Below, piece after piece: positions 12,865 to 25,600 of a DNA stretch of 64,000 nucleotides (its first letter is position 1; every line of letters starts with the position of its first letter). A program made the translations under genes and the position numbers. The notes beneath the pieces were generated by a model that was not told where the DNA came from, ran no database searches, and saw nothing but the letters and a program-made list of their open reading frames with translations. Origin of the DNA: Ruditapes philippinarum (Eukaryota); assembly GCF_026571515.1 (NCBI RefSeq), contig NW_026866518.1, positions 434,001-498,000 on the forward strand, given 5' to 3'.

Positions 12865-15352
12865 AGACTGCCGAAGTAGATAGCGACGAATGTACATTTT
12901 TCAACGATATAGTCGACAACCAAACAACTTCCGGGCCAGATTATAGCAGTTCCTCATCTGAATGTAGTTCATCAGACGAAGAAGAACTCAATCGTGAGAG
13001 TATCTCGGCTTCTGAAAGTGATTACGAAGACAACAATGAGGCACTCTCTGACAAAGATAGCTACGTTTCTGAATCCAACGTTGAATACGATATCAACGAT
13101 GAAGACAACGACAATGTTGACGATGATGTAAGCGAGACAACCTCCAAAAGCATAAGATCGACATCCAATTGTAACAGGATTGGTATTTCTGAAACAAGCC
13201 TTTTAAATCTGTGTCAAAGATTTCAAAATGGAGCTGCTAGATATGAAGAAATACTTGAAGCGAGAAACCGTCTAGGTAGACAGATTAAACGCACATTTCC
13301 AAACCATCAACTGTCTTCTCACATCGCATTGAGAATGTTTTCTTCCTTGTCTACTAGCTATAAACTTAAAAACATCGGTTACGTTAACATGGATTCTCTG
13401 CCTGCTACATCAGATGCATGTCCCGTCTTGAACCACGAAGCATCTGGAGTTGGTGACATAGTTGAAATTTCCCGCGAAAACGAGACCTCCATCTCAGCCG
13501 ATGGGACTCCAACTGAAAATGACAGCACATCTCCAGTATGTAGCACACGGGTTGACTTCACGCCGGCTGCACGTAGTAAAGTCGAAGGGGCTAGGACAGC
13601 ATGTTCTGAAGCAGCTAACGAAGTATATAGTGTGCAGTCTGGCCGGGAGAATCCGCAAGCCAAGTATGACAGTGAAGTCAGGCCCAATCAGCCGGGTTTA
13701 AACATGCCAGCTGTCAACTTCCACCGGAAAAAGATTAAAGAAGTGCTACCACCTATTCCAAAATGTAAGTCATCTAGTTACTATTGAGTAATCATTGTCT
13801 ATCAGATCCAAATATTTTTTAAAACAAACAATGGGTTGAAACTATGTGCATGTTCACTAGCATCTACGTGTTATAGTGCTTATTTCGTAGTATATAAGTT
13901 AGATGGAAAGGTTTCATATATGTTCAAAATAAAAGTAGCGTTAATTAAACTAGTGGCTATAATTTGTTACAAGATGGCAACTTTGATAGAAAAAAATAAG
14001 TTACAGGCCAAATTAGTTAATTAGATATTTAATATTAAACAGTAAGTTTACTTCAGATATGTAACTGTCCGAGTCATAAATCAAACAGGCACTTGAACAG
14101 CTTTTATAGATACATAAGTATACTTACATATGTGTGTATTTTATAAAAAAAATTATAGAATGTTTGCTATGTACAAAGCGAAAAAAAAGTTTACAGTGTA
14201 AAAACTGATAATTTGTATTAACTTTACATGTTTTACAGCGGCAGGAAGATCCAAACCCCAGACAGCCGTTGACAAAAGTAATGAAAAGCCTTCAGCTGCC
14301 CTTAAATCAGCTAATAAACAACTGATTATTAAACCTGAATTTCATGTAAGTCACTGTTATTAGTTTTTATTAAGTTACTGTTATTCTCTGTGTAAAGTGA
14401 AAAATATAATAAACATTAAGCAAAATTTGGTCATTTAAGAAATATTTAAGAAACACACATTATCTACTTGGTTATGCCTACCTTTAATAAAAAAAAAATC
14501 AAAAAATTCTACAAAACAACAATTTTTCTTCAAAATTATATGTTAGGCCATGTTTAAACATACAAAAACGCGATTTGGGGTAATTTCAGGTATTTTCATC
14601 ATTTTCTGTTTATAATTATTCGTTTTTTGTTCTGAAATTTAGGTATTGATAATATTCAGTAAACTAATTTGGGCATTTACCATTTTTTTTAGAACCGCAA
14701 ACAATGCCAAGTTGCAAAACCTGGTATCCCTCACCAGCTGCGATCAGTGGCGTGTTACAGGGACGGCAAGGTGGACGTGTCCATTACAGGCGATAAGAGA
14801 CTTATACCCGAGTCAGAACCGCTCAACGTCAACATCACATTTATACATAAACCGTTCACGATGCCATACAAAGAGGCCAAGGTCACTGACGAAGATGATG
14901 ACAAACAGTCATCATCTATAAAAAGGAAACCGTTTCCATCACCAGTAAAATGCTTTAGTCCCAATATTCCACCTCAAAGCAAAATACAGCCTAATAAAAG
15001 ACCGTTGCCTCCGTTGAAGCATGTACAGAAGACCGAAAAAAGAGATTTTAAAAAATTAAACAATATTCCAAAATTGGCGATAGACTCAAGGCAAGTCGGT
15101 CATTTTCCAAGCCATAAAGCTCTTCCCCCATTGCGCAATGTTTCAGGAAAAGTTAGACAGTACATTCCGATCGTGGAGAGAAAATTAAAAGTGGTTACCA
15201 GCAAGAAACGTAATAAAAAGTCAACAACAAAACAAGAAAATTTAAACTGGGACATCGTAAATGACAGAGCCCAGCGGCCACCATTTAATACCCACATAAA
15301 TACAGAAGCTTCCGAGAGACACCAAAAAATATTTGCAGATATTCCTGTTTAA
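11086..15352 (+). CDS. Uncharacterised low-complexity, probably disordered protein, ~682 aa, 4 exons
   Basis: Exons 11086-11469, 12867-13764, 14239-14345 and 14693-15352. All three donors are GTAAGT, acceptors are AG, and phases 0/1/0 join into one 2049-nt open frame. Acidic/Ser-rich N-half, basic Pro/Lys-rich C-terminus, no domain recognised. Confidence 0.8.
11777..12023. mobile_element. Palindromic (foldback) MITE, ~247 bp, in intron 1 of the orphan gene
   Basis: About 105-bp arms (TGAGCCGCGTCACGACAAAACC...GGATCCATGCTGTTCGCT) that are near-perfect reverse complements around a ~30-bp loop. Confidence 0.9.
12782..12862. repeat. Compound microsatellite (TTTC)n(TTTA)n
   Basis: Read directly; ends just before the AG acceptor at 12865-12866. 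Confidence 0.95.
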
Positions 15353-15499
15353 ATCTGTACAAACTTAAAATCTATTAAAATAACGAACACAAAATTGTTA
15401 GATTTATTTATTGGTACATTCAAATAAGACGTCCAGCGACATATTGTTCCTACTTTCCTCTGACAGGTTATATGGGCCTATATAAATGGTTGTTTGCAT

Positions 15500-16188
15500 A
15501 TATAACCCGAGTCGCCAGAGGAGCGTTATAGATCTATTTAGTTTAGAGTTTATACTAATTTATTTTAGTTCGTTTGGAGCAATTTCATCCAACTTTACAG
15601 GAATGATCATTATCAAGTTATTTGCATTCATTGTTTTTATGGTTCAATTTATTTTTCGGATTAGGGCCCCTTTTAATCTTTTTTTTTTTAAAAGTTGTCC
15701 GAATTTACCCCTCTTTTCCCCCCTTATGAAATTTAAATAAACTTACAGGATTGATTTTTTGGCTGATTTATTGCCCTCGAATGAAAAGGTGATTTTTTTG
15801 TGTTGCCAGCTACATGTTTGGACTACTCTTCAGAAACTGCTGGTGCATTATCATCAAAAATTTAAAGGAATGACCAATACTATGTCTAGTTGTGCATCTC
15901 ATCAACCTTTTTTTCGATTTAATGATAATTGTCAGAGTAATGTCCCTTTAATGATTTTAATTTGGACTACTCCTCTTATACCACTAATGCAATGTTTATG
16001 AAGCTTTACAGGATTGATCGGTAGCTCAAGTACTTGCACATATTACACGGGTTTTCCGGTTGAAGGATTTTCAGCCGAGTTATGGCCTCGAATAAAAATG
16101 TGTTGATTTTTGGGTCTCCTGCTACATAGTAGCTGCAACATGCAATTGGCTATCATGAGGCGACATGTCATCACTGATGGCCCTTGTG
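15500..16188 (-). mobile_element. Degenerate Helentron/HINE-like element
   Basis: Recurrent (A)CTTTACAGGA(A/T)TGAT subunits at ~15590, ~15740 and ~16005; the right end reads ACAAGGGCCATCAGTGATGACATGTCGC on the minus strand, resembling the ACAAGAGGGCCATGATGG start of the 41251 element. Boundaries approximate. Confidence 0.45.
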
Positions 16189-17118
16189 TCATTATGTCTG
16201 ATAATAGGAAAATTGTCTCCAGCTTAGAAATTGGTGCGTAAGATAAGCTAAAGCTGGTTAAACAATTACAATGAATTAAATGTCACATATAAATGCTTGT
16301 TGAGTCCTTTAAACATTTAGAATAAATCCCCTTTGGCAATTAACCTTGTACTTGCATAACTTAGTGACAATATCTTCGCATAAAACCCATTGGCTTTGCA
16401 AATTTCTTGGTGCTTGGGAATTTTCGCAGCTGGCGTTGTTTAAAAAATACTTAGTAAGGGCACACTAGATAAATGACTAATGTATTTCTTCATCATATAA
16501 ACTTTCGATAAACCCAACCCCAAGGCTAGTTACCATATTTTTATGATACAGTTTGTTCATGTTTTATTTTGTCCCGTTTTATGTTTCAAACCGATATACC
16601 ATCACAGAGAGTACAATAGAAAATACCGTTTAGACAATTCAAGAGATACATACACTGTGTCGTTACATAGTAACAAGTACTTTAGAATGACTCCTGCGTC
16701 TTACTCTATAGAACAAAATAAAACTCAATTAACACATGGAGAAAAAAAATACAAACAAACAAAAACAAAAAAAAACGTGATTTCAAAGAGTCATATAAGA
16801 TGTACTGAACTTCTTTCTATGTGGGGAAATACGCAATTTTCACGAGTTACATGTCCGAAAGTGACACATTACTGAAGGTCCCATAATCACCGTCGTTTGA
16901 ACACATATATTTAATTATATATGCTTTATGCTACATAACATTTTCGTATTCTGTTTCAGCCAGTACAGGACATGAACCGTAGTTGTCCATGTACATGCCC
17001 AATCAAACCATGTTGGCATTACATTTAAGCAACCTTTGAGGTCTTCACTTATCATCGTTTAGATAAGAAACTATGCTAGTTGTAAGCAGATACAAGTTGT
17101 CTCATTTGTAGTGCAACA

Positions 17119-19762
17119 ATGAAGATCGTTCTGTTTTGTTTCCTTTTGGCAATTAGTCACCCATTTATTTTTTGTCAGGATGCAGATAAACTCCAATTGA
17201 TATTATCTCGGATTGATACCCTGGAAAATACAGGTATGCTAGATATGCAAAAAATCTGCGGTACATACCATTTATTCAAGTAAGAGAATTCTACATTTTT
17301 CTAAAACTTTCTTGAAATAAACATGAATATAATTCAGCCTAAGCTTATAGGGTTAAATTGATTTGCCGGTTTAACGTATTTAAGATAGTGTGTGTATTCA
17401 TGTGAAAGAACATTTTATTTCTAATACTATATAAAACTTTTTTTTAAATTTTCATTTTCTTTAACTCCATTACATATGTGAAGTGATAGTTCTTTGTAAT
17501 TAAACATTTAAAACATCCACGTTATTGGTAAATTTTGATGAGATGACAATAAGATGTCCACATACCTTTCTATATCTGTTTAGTAAAAGTCGGTCTTTAA
17601 TTCTCCACCGCGTGTTATCAATCGCTTATGTAGACAAACGCATTTTAACCTTACACTTTCACCAAATAACGCAATAAAGAGAACTGAGAGATAGATGGAA
17701 ATGACATTTTGAAGTCAGCTTTTGGCTTACCAATGGTTCTGTGTGGCTTGGTACTGTTTGGTATTGCGTTTAGTCACTGTCGCTCTCCCTTTATGATCTT
17801 TCCGTTCATATTTGATCTACAAAATGTTATTTATTTCAGTCGCATTGCAACACGAACGTATACAGGTTATTCAAAAAAGAGATGAGTCACAACAAAAGCG
17901 CATTGAAGAACTAGAGAACATTGTTAAAGCTCAACAGACATTTATCAACGGTGTTCTAGCTCATGCCAAGGAAGAAGACGTCATAGCTCGTGGCAGTGTT
18001 GAGGGCGTCATAACTGAAGCCGGAGTAAAGAAAAGCCAACATGATACGGCAGGTATCGTTTTGGACACAGACATCAATGGAAATAAAGAAACTCAGCCAT
18101 TGCTTGTTGGTGATCCGGGAAGGAACATATCAGATGTATTTACTAGTATGGACAGCATTGGAGAATATCGACATTGTAAGTGTGGTTTCATCACATCTAG
18201 CGATTCTGAATTTAATCACTTAACTGTGGAATATCATGTTTTACAAATGTCTGGACCGTAATGTGCACAATGGTCTAACTACGAACCAAATATAACCCCT
18301 TGTGCGTTTTTACAAGCACATGAAAGACAAATCATCAGAGATATCCAAAGCTATGATTTTAAATTAAAGCAGCTTGTGGTCCATATCCGTTTTTATTATA
18401 TCTATATGTATATATTTCACGGACTACATCACTGCCGCGCAGTCTTTACTTATTATGGTGGCTGATTTGATACGCTTTTGTGCGTCTAGATGGCGAAAGC
18501 GACAACACGACAAAGCGCCAAACGGCGAGTTGTCGGACTTTCGCCTTGTCGTCCTGTCGCTAGCGACAACACGACAAAGCTCCAAACGGCGCGTTGTCGC
18601 GCTGTCTCTAGCGCGGCACGCCAACCGGTGCGTTGTCGTGCGGCGCGTTGTCGCCCTGTTGCTTGGCTTATAAGCCAACCCTTCAAGTTGAACCGAGCGA
18701 CAATGTGACATCGCAACAACAATCGGCGTGCCGCGCTAGAGACAGGACGACAACGCGCCAACGCGACGCACAAAAGCGTACCAAATCAGCCACAATAACT
18801 TAATTATTAATCAAAGCATTTCGTGTTAGAGACGTACACAGCACTTTCTTTTACTTTTATGTTAAACTGAAACAATATCGGTTTAAAATTGAGTAAAACA
18901 AGAAAGTTGTGGCAGGGGTCTCATATCTGCTTCTCAACTCAAACATCGTTGGCTCGAGCCCAATTTGGGTCATTGTCATGTGTCCTCATATGACACAAGT
19001 GCTAATTATTTCTGGAAGCGAACTCGTAAATGTTTCACTAAGATACAAGCTTTCTTCGCAGTCGACCTTATTATAAATAATAACTTATACTTAAAGTATT
19101 GTGAAGAGAACAAAACATAATTCTACCAAGCTGAAAATTAATATATTCATGTATAACAAATAAAAATTTTAATATTTATTAAATGAGCTATTTTTTCAAC
19201 TCTCTTTTGCTATGAAAAAATTGATACACGAATGGTCATGACATTCGGAAGTTAGCGACTAAAGAGTTTGAAATTGTTTAAAAACAAACAAAATTACTCA
19301 ACACCACGTGTTATTTCGTGCATTTCAGTTAAAAGACGCGGGAAAACAATGGCACGTCAGTTACAAGAAACAGTTGCTTTTCATGCGACAATCGATGTGC
19401 AAACTCACGTCACGCAGCTTACAATTGGGCAGACAATCGTGTTTGATTCAGTCCATCTGAACATTGGAGGAGGGTACCACAGCTCGGGAGGACTATTCAT
19501 TGCACCTACAGCAGGAATCTATATGTTTTCATTATCTGTTATGTTAAATACGCCATCACACTGGATATCTCTGGAATTGCTAAAAAATGGCGCAATATTA
19601 GCTGAAACATATGCTAACGGATATGATCAAGGATCCGTATCGGTTGCTACGCAACTTAAGGTAGGGGATGAAGTGTTTGTAAAGGTACATGGCAGTGACA
19701 GCGGCATGGTTTATGGTGAAAAGTTGACCAGTTTCACGGGTGCCCTTATTATGCCTTATTAA
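17119..19762 (+). CDS. Secreted C1q-domain-containing protein (signal peptide, coiled coil, C-terminal gC1q), ~294 aa, 3 exons
   Basis: Exons 17119-17233 (MKIVLFCFLLAISHPFIFC signal peptide), 17840-18175 (coiled coil QQKRIEELENIVKAQQ) and 19329-19762 (VAFHA...IVFDSVHLNIGGGY...GLFIAPTAGIYMFS...LKVGDEVFV...TSFTGALI). Both introns phase 1; AATAAA near 19797. Confidence 0.93.
18453..18797. mobile_element. GC-rich MITE in intron 2 of the C1q gene
   Basis: About 30-bp TIRs (GTGGCTGATTTG.TACGCTTTTGTGCGTC); interior built of CGACAA/TTGTCG motifs in both orientations. Confidence 0.85.
18905..19090 (+). mobile_element. Degenerate tRNA-head SINE-like fragment
   Basis: Decayed A-box-like (GTGGCAGGGG) and B-box-like (GGCTCGAGCCC) motifs at tRNA spacing, followed by an A/T-rich tail. 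Confidence 0.35.
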
Positions 19763-20255
19763 CGTATATGTATTTGTATAGCTAATTCTAATCGGTAATA
19801 AAAAGAAAATTGCCTATTATTTATTTTTTTTATTTATTTTTTTATTTTATTTATTTATTTTTTTTTTTTTTGGGGGGGGGGTGTTCCTCTTAACCAAATG
19901 AACAATATCCCACTGGGGAAAAACGCACTACTGGATTTTACAGGGCCACTGTAATTTTGAAATGGTTCAAAAGTTAATTTAAATTACAAAGAAACATATA
20001 ATAATTATGTGAAAATGAACTTGCAAGCTACGGTCCACATGGAAATAGTGAAAATTTGAATTTAGAAACATCCGCAGATCTGTTTATAATGTGGTTATCA
20101 TGATACGGTTCCAAGTAAATGAATAAATGCAATAATTGCAAGAGAAAGTATTAAGACTATGAACCCCTTCACCCTTTTCATCTTAAACTCTGGCAAAGAA
20201 GCCTAACTTAGTACTATCCGAGAGTTTTAAAACCGAATATTAATCTTCGTCGTAC

Positions 20256-20522
20256 TGTTTTGGGTTTTACGTCACATCGACACAGTATAGGTCATATCGC
20301 GACGTTCCAGCTTTTACTGGCGGAGGAAGACCTCAGGTGCCCTTCTGTGCATTATTTCAGGCATGAACGGGCACATGAGTAGAACCACCGACGTTCCGTA
20401 AGCTAGCTGGATAGCTTCCTCACATGAAATAATCCAAAGTCCCTGTCGGGTTCGAACCCACAGCGGTACGGGGCAAGTGATTTGAAGTTAACGACCCTTA
20501 ACCCCACTCGGCAAAAGCCCCC
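20256..20522 (-). mobile_element. tRNA-derived SINE (core resembles the Meta domain)
   Basis: Minus strand has A box CCGAGTGG, B box GGTTCGAACC, core GGCACCTGAGGTCTTCCTCCGCCAGTAAAAGCTGG and an AAAC-type tail. Homologous copies at 32697, 36238 and 39083. Confidence 0.85.
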
Positions 20523-22644
20523 AACTTAAATAACTTAAAAATATATCTTTTTGGATGAAAAAAATTTTTTGCAGTTTGCTAAAGAATTTATTTTTGAAAA
20601 AAAAAGTGATTTAGAACGTATTTTATCAAAAAGGGAATCTAAATACTGGCTTCTCAAGGACAAGTTTTGTATGAAAGATTTTTTTGGAAATGGTCACTGA
20701 CACAGGTTTGACCACATTGTATCTTACAGTATAGTATCTGTAGTTATTTTCATAGAGTAGAACGACAGCATGGACACAGAATAAGTTATTTTTTGTTTTA
20801 AATGGAAACGCTTACGAAGCCAATACGAGATCTTTATTTTCAAAAACATAAATACATTAGGGATTGTCGTATTTACCTAACCTGCCAGAGTTTATATCAG
20901 AATACATTATCTTAAAGCATAGTAAATAATTAACAATATTGTAAAAGATTTTAAACCGTCCGTAAAAATAGAAAGATTCGTATCAGGCATTTAAAAATGT
21001 CGAATATATTATCATATACTGAAGATACCAATCGTAAGGTGTTTTTTAAACATGACAATAAAATTTATCATTTTATCACACAAACGTCTGCCAAGATTTA
21101 ACAAGTTAAAGGTACATTACCTGAATGAAAATATTCATTATTATTCATATAATCATTTTTTTTGCGAAAAGCGGCATATATTTAAACCTCACCATACCTA
21201 ATGATGTCTAATGTTGTTTTTTTTTGAGAAGCAGGATGACTGGCATACGAAAGACCGGTGGGGACAATTCAACTTCACGAATAACCGATTTCATCTTTAA
21301 CTCCACAAATTCACGAATTCAACTTCATGAATTCATGTTTTAAACTTCACGATTTAAACTTCACGTATTCAAGATTGCATCTTCACAAATTCATGATCTC
21401 ACTATATTATGCACATCACTACTAAAAACCACAAGTTCTTGAAAATATTGACGCAGCTGCCACTTCTATACCCGTAGTTCATAACAAAGAACATTTGAAA
21501 CAATTCGAGAATCTGCGCTTTAAAACTGATTTTTTTTTACTAAAAATCTTTGTATTTTTGTATCTTAAACTTAATGATATAAAGAATGTGAGTACTGTAT
21601 ACATTCGTCAACTAAGAGGCGTCTTTTCTCCCCCTTCCCTTAATTTATAACTATGACAAGATTTAATTTTTCAACCAAGGGTAGAAACATTTGAGTTCAT
21701 TTTCTTTGCCTTAAGCTTTGCATGTATGCTCCTAAAACCTAACCGTCTCCTAATAATAAAATTACCTGAAAAATAAGATAAAAAAGAGTGCAAAGGTGTA
21801 GTAACTATGCTTCATTATCATGTATGCTTTATTAATTATGTTACCTCTGACATTAATGGTGAAAAGAAAAGGCCTTTTACTGTATAAACAAGTAAATGTT
21901 TTTACACCCACCTATCATATTTTTACACCATTTAGGTTTATATTTATCTACATTTAAATGAATATGTGAAATAAAAACAAAACGTAACTTTGATGTTTTA
22001 TGGTTTAAGTGTATATTTGTTATGTTCAAGTACAATAACATGTTAATGTTACACCACGCTAACAACGTGGTAGCCCTTTAGGATATTCAGTCTTACATTA
22101 TTAAGTTATAATAACTTATATATGCTTAAGTTAATTCCGAAATCTGGACTCTAAACAATCATAAATACTGAAGAGATTTACGAATTATAAATAAATAATC
22201 GCTTGAAAATTGTGTACTGGCATAGGACCAGCGATATATCTGTGAAATTTTGTGTGAAAATATTTAAGGAATTAATTAAGGAATGTCAAATTGACCTAAT
22301 AACATATCAGTTAATGTGCGAAAACAAGAACGCCAGAGGAAGAAATGAAAGCATTGCGCGACTGGTCTACGGACAATACGTGCATGTTATCTTTAAGGAA
22401 TAATGCGTCATTAATGTGACTGGTGTTAAATGAAATACTATTTTTAAAATCGTGGATATGAGCAATGAATTGGAGAGAGATGACAAAAGATATTTTAGTT
22501 CATACTTAAGTAGCAAAATCAGCTTCAAGCAACGATTTGTTGATCGAGATACTGTATAAACAACAGAAATCAATTAAGACACGTTACTAGTTTATAATAA
22601 ATATCATTTTATTGTGTTCAGAGACTTTTCAACATTTTTTTAAA

Positions 22645-25600
22645 ATGGCGTTCCTTTGTCCAAGTAGGCTTGGTCGGAATAAGCATAAAAGAGGTATGTA
22701 ATATACTTATACTAGTAGTTTTAATATATTTATGTTTCTATGCTTGCATCTACTAACAGAACTATATCATGTATATAGTAAAAAAAGATTAAGAGTAAAT
22801 TGGTTTTATACTGCGTTCTTTCTAAAATACAATTAAATTGTGCAGCTTAATACTCAAAAGACCTGACGAGATGATTGTGTTCTGCAATACTTTTTACCAT
22901 GGAATTATTGAAAGGAATAATATTTTTTATTATTGATAAAAATAAACATTTTATTTTATGAATACAGTATTAAGAAATATATGTCTTATTTACAATATGG
23001 CCTTCAATCAAACAATGTAAATCACATTTTTCAGTAATGAACTATACAATGATGAAACAAAAAACTAGTCTTTGTCTTTTAGGATCATTGATTCCAGCAC
23101 TTTCAAATGTTTTAAATTGAGCACCGCTCAAGCCGGTATAAGGGGCGTGATGGATGTTGCACTTTTTCATTATCCCTCATATACAGTCTCAGTCAAATTG
23201 AGTCTGCAATATACATATTATATTGTCGTGATTTATGCTTCCGAGGTATCACCCTTTCTCCATATTTTATGGTAACAAAACGCAGTAACGCAGAAAAATG
23301 TTATTTGCGACCTGGTTTAAAATATGTACACGGTATTACATAATACATACTATCTCCTTTCGAAACTGACTTTCATTTTAAGAAAGATGATTATTATATT
23401 CACGACGTTAAAAAATACATATTACATAATATTTAATGTAATACAAAGTTAGGCGTAAATAGTAGTACAATTTATTCTATCTACGAATGCCTTTTCATAA
23501 TAATTTCATATACATGTACATTGAACGGATTTTATCAGTGAATAAGTGATAAAATGATAGATAAGCAAGCGAAGTCTCTGGATGTGTCCTACTGGCTAGT
23601 CCATCGGTTAGATGGAATATAACAAGTTTCATCTGCTCATATATATTTAACGTGTTCCTTTACGTCACCGAACTTTCAATGATATCAAACTGCGTTGACT
23701 ATATTAATTATGTTATAAGCCTTTCATAAATGTCGCAATTGTTTTAGGTTACCAAAGCATGATGAGGAGATTGACAGAGGGTGATAGATTAGACACTTTA
23801 ACGCTTGAAGATCTTGTAAAGTTAAGCTGGACAACTCCAGAATCTCGTCGAATTATTATGCAGAATTTTAATTCTTGTGAGTCACAAGAAATTAATGTCA
23901 AACAAGGTCAAAAGGTCAACTACATTTACAGAGAAGGGGATTGGGCATACATTGTTACAGACGACAAAAAGGAAGGATTCGTCCCTTTTATATTTCTGGC
24001 AAAGATTGGGGTGCCTCCTAACCCAACAAGAAATGCTATAGACACAGGAACTTATACAAAAAGATGTAGTGAGTTGAATCCTCGTAACTTTTCTGTTGAA
24101 AGTGAAGAAACTGATCATAGCGGAAGCGACCTAGCAGACGACACATTCACTTCCCCGGGATGGTCAACTGATTCGGGATCAGTTACTACAGTACAAGATT
24201 ATCCGTCAGTAAATTTTCTAAAGACAGAACCGTTCGAAAAAGTTCCAATGTTTTATGAAGTGTTTTTGGATGAAAGGACAAATATATTGCATAAAAATCC
24301 GTTACCGTCACCAGGAAGAAGTGACGACAATGAAATCCCTGATAATAACAACAACCAACGTCTTCTTCAATTCAAAGTGCTGTTTAACTTTGCAGGTAAA
24401 TTTCCTAATAAGAATTTGATGATGATCTTTGAGCTTGTTATAAGAAATAACCAGATAGGTATTTAACACTTATTAATTTTTTGATCATCTTTAAACAATT
24501 TTTAAAAAGGAATCACTGGGGATGCATAAAGAAATTAAAAAGAAAATGGAGAAAATGATTTTACGCTTCAGTATTTACATGTATAAAAGTAAGTAGAAAT
24601 GAAAAGATTCGTTGCGTTTGAGGAAAGCTGGTGAAAAACTCAAAAACGTTAACCATATAATATTGAAGACGTAATAATAAACCCCTACAGTAAAGTGGAT
24701 GGCTAAATATATATTTTACCAATGAATATTTTCTGGCAGCTTTATCAGGTTAATCTGAATAACATTTATATGCCATCACAAAGCGACGAAAATAAAGAAG
24801 AATACATTTATGATGTATATATGATTGACAAAATCTTTTATGTTTTGTCTAAATATTGATGTCAATATCAAAGTTTCATGACAGATGGAAATTTGCTGCA
24901 TCATATTTTATGTACGATACACATGTTCAAACGTAAATGCGTATCACAAAAGAAATATTGTTTAAATTTCTCAATTTCTATTATAGGTTTAGACTTGTAC
25001 GATGTGTCCGTAAAACCTGGTGAAATAGTGGATCTATTAGATGACAGTGATCCTGGTTGGTTTTTGGTACGAAGATCAGATGGTTATGAAGGCTACGTGC
25101 CAAGTAACTATATCACCCAACTAACTGAACAACACACACGAGACTTTGAAAATAGTGATAACGAAGCGTTAGAAAGCAGACGAGTCAATGGTCATGAGAA
25201 AAGTCCGGTTAATAAAACTAAAGCAGATCAAAATGAAATTCCGAAAAGTTGGAAAATCACAAATGACCTAAAGGGGAAAAGTCCCATCACAACAGCTAAC
25301 GACATAACTGATGAAGCAAATAAACAAAAGAAACAAAGACCGAAGAAACCACCTAGAAAAAAGAAAGCAAGTTTGGATGGTTTGTCTCCAAGGCTGGACG
25401 AATCGGTAGATTCAATAGACACTTTTCTATCAGAGAGCAGTGCAGAATATCTAGACAATGCTGCTAAATCACCCTTAGACGAATTATCTCCAAGATCAGA
25501 CGATTACAGCGATTCATCCATTTTTGAAAGCAGTTTTAACGGTATCTATGGTTACAGGCAATGTGCTCGTGGCTTGTCAGACATGGAGTTATCACCAAGA

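Noticed and set aside
18374-18773. Overlapping Arg-rich ORFs on both strands
   Set aside because: They lie within a GC-rich MITE in an intron and have no splice support.
24878-24986. N-terminus of the 901-aa ORF, and similar ORF-track extensions at 17812, 19268, 32596, 50588, 51185 and 51778
   Set aside because: Intronic read-through upstream of clear AG acceptors; the spliced models restore conserved domains.
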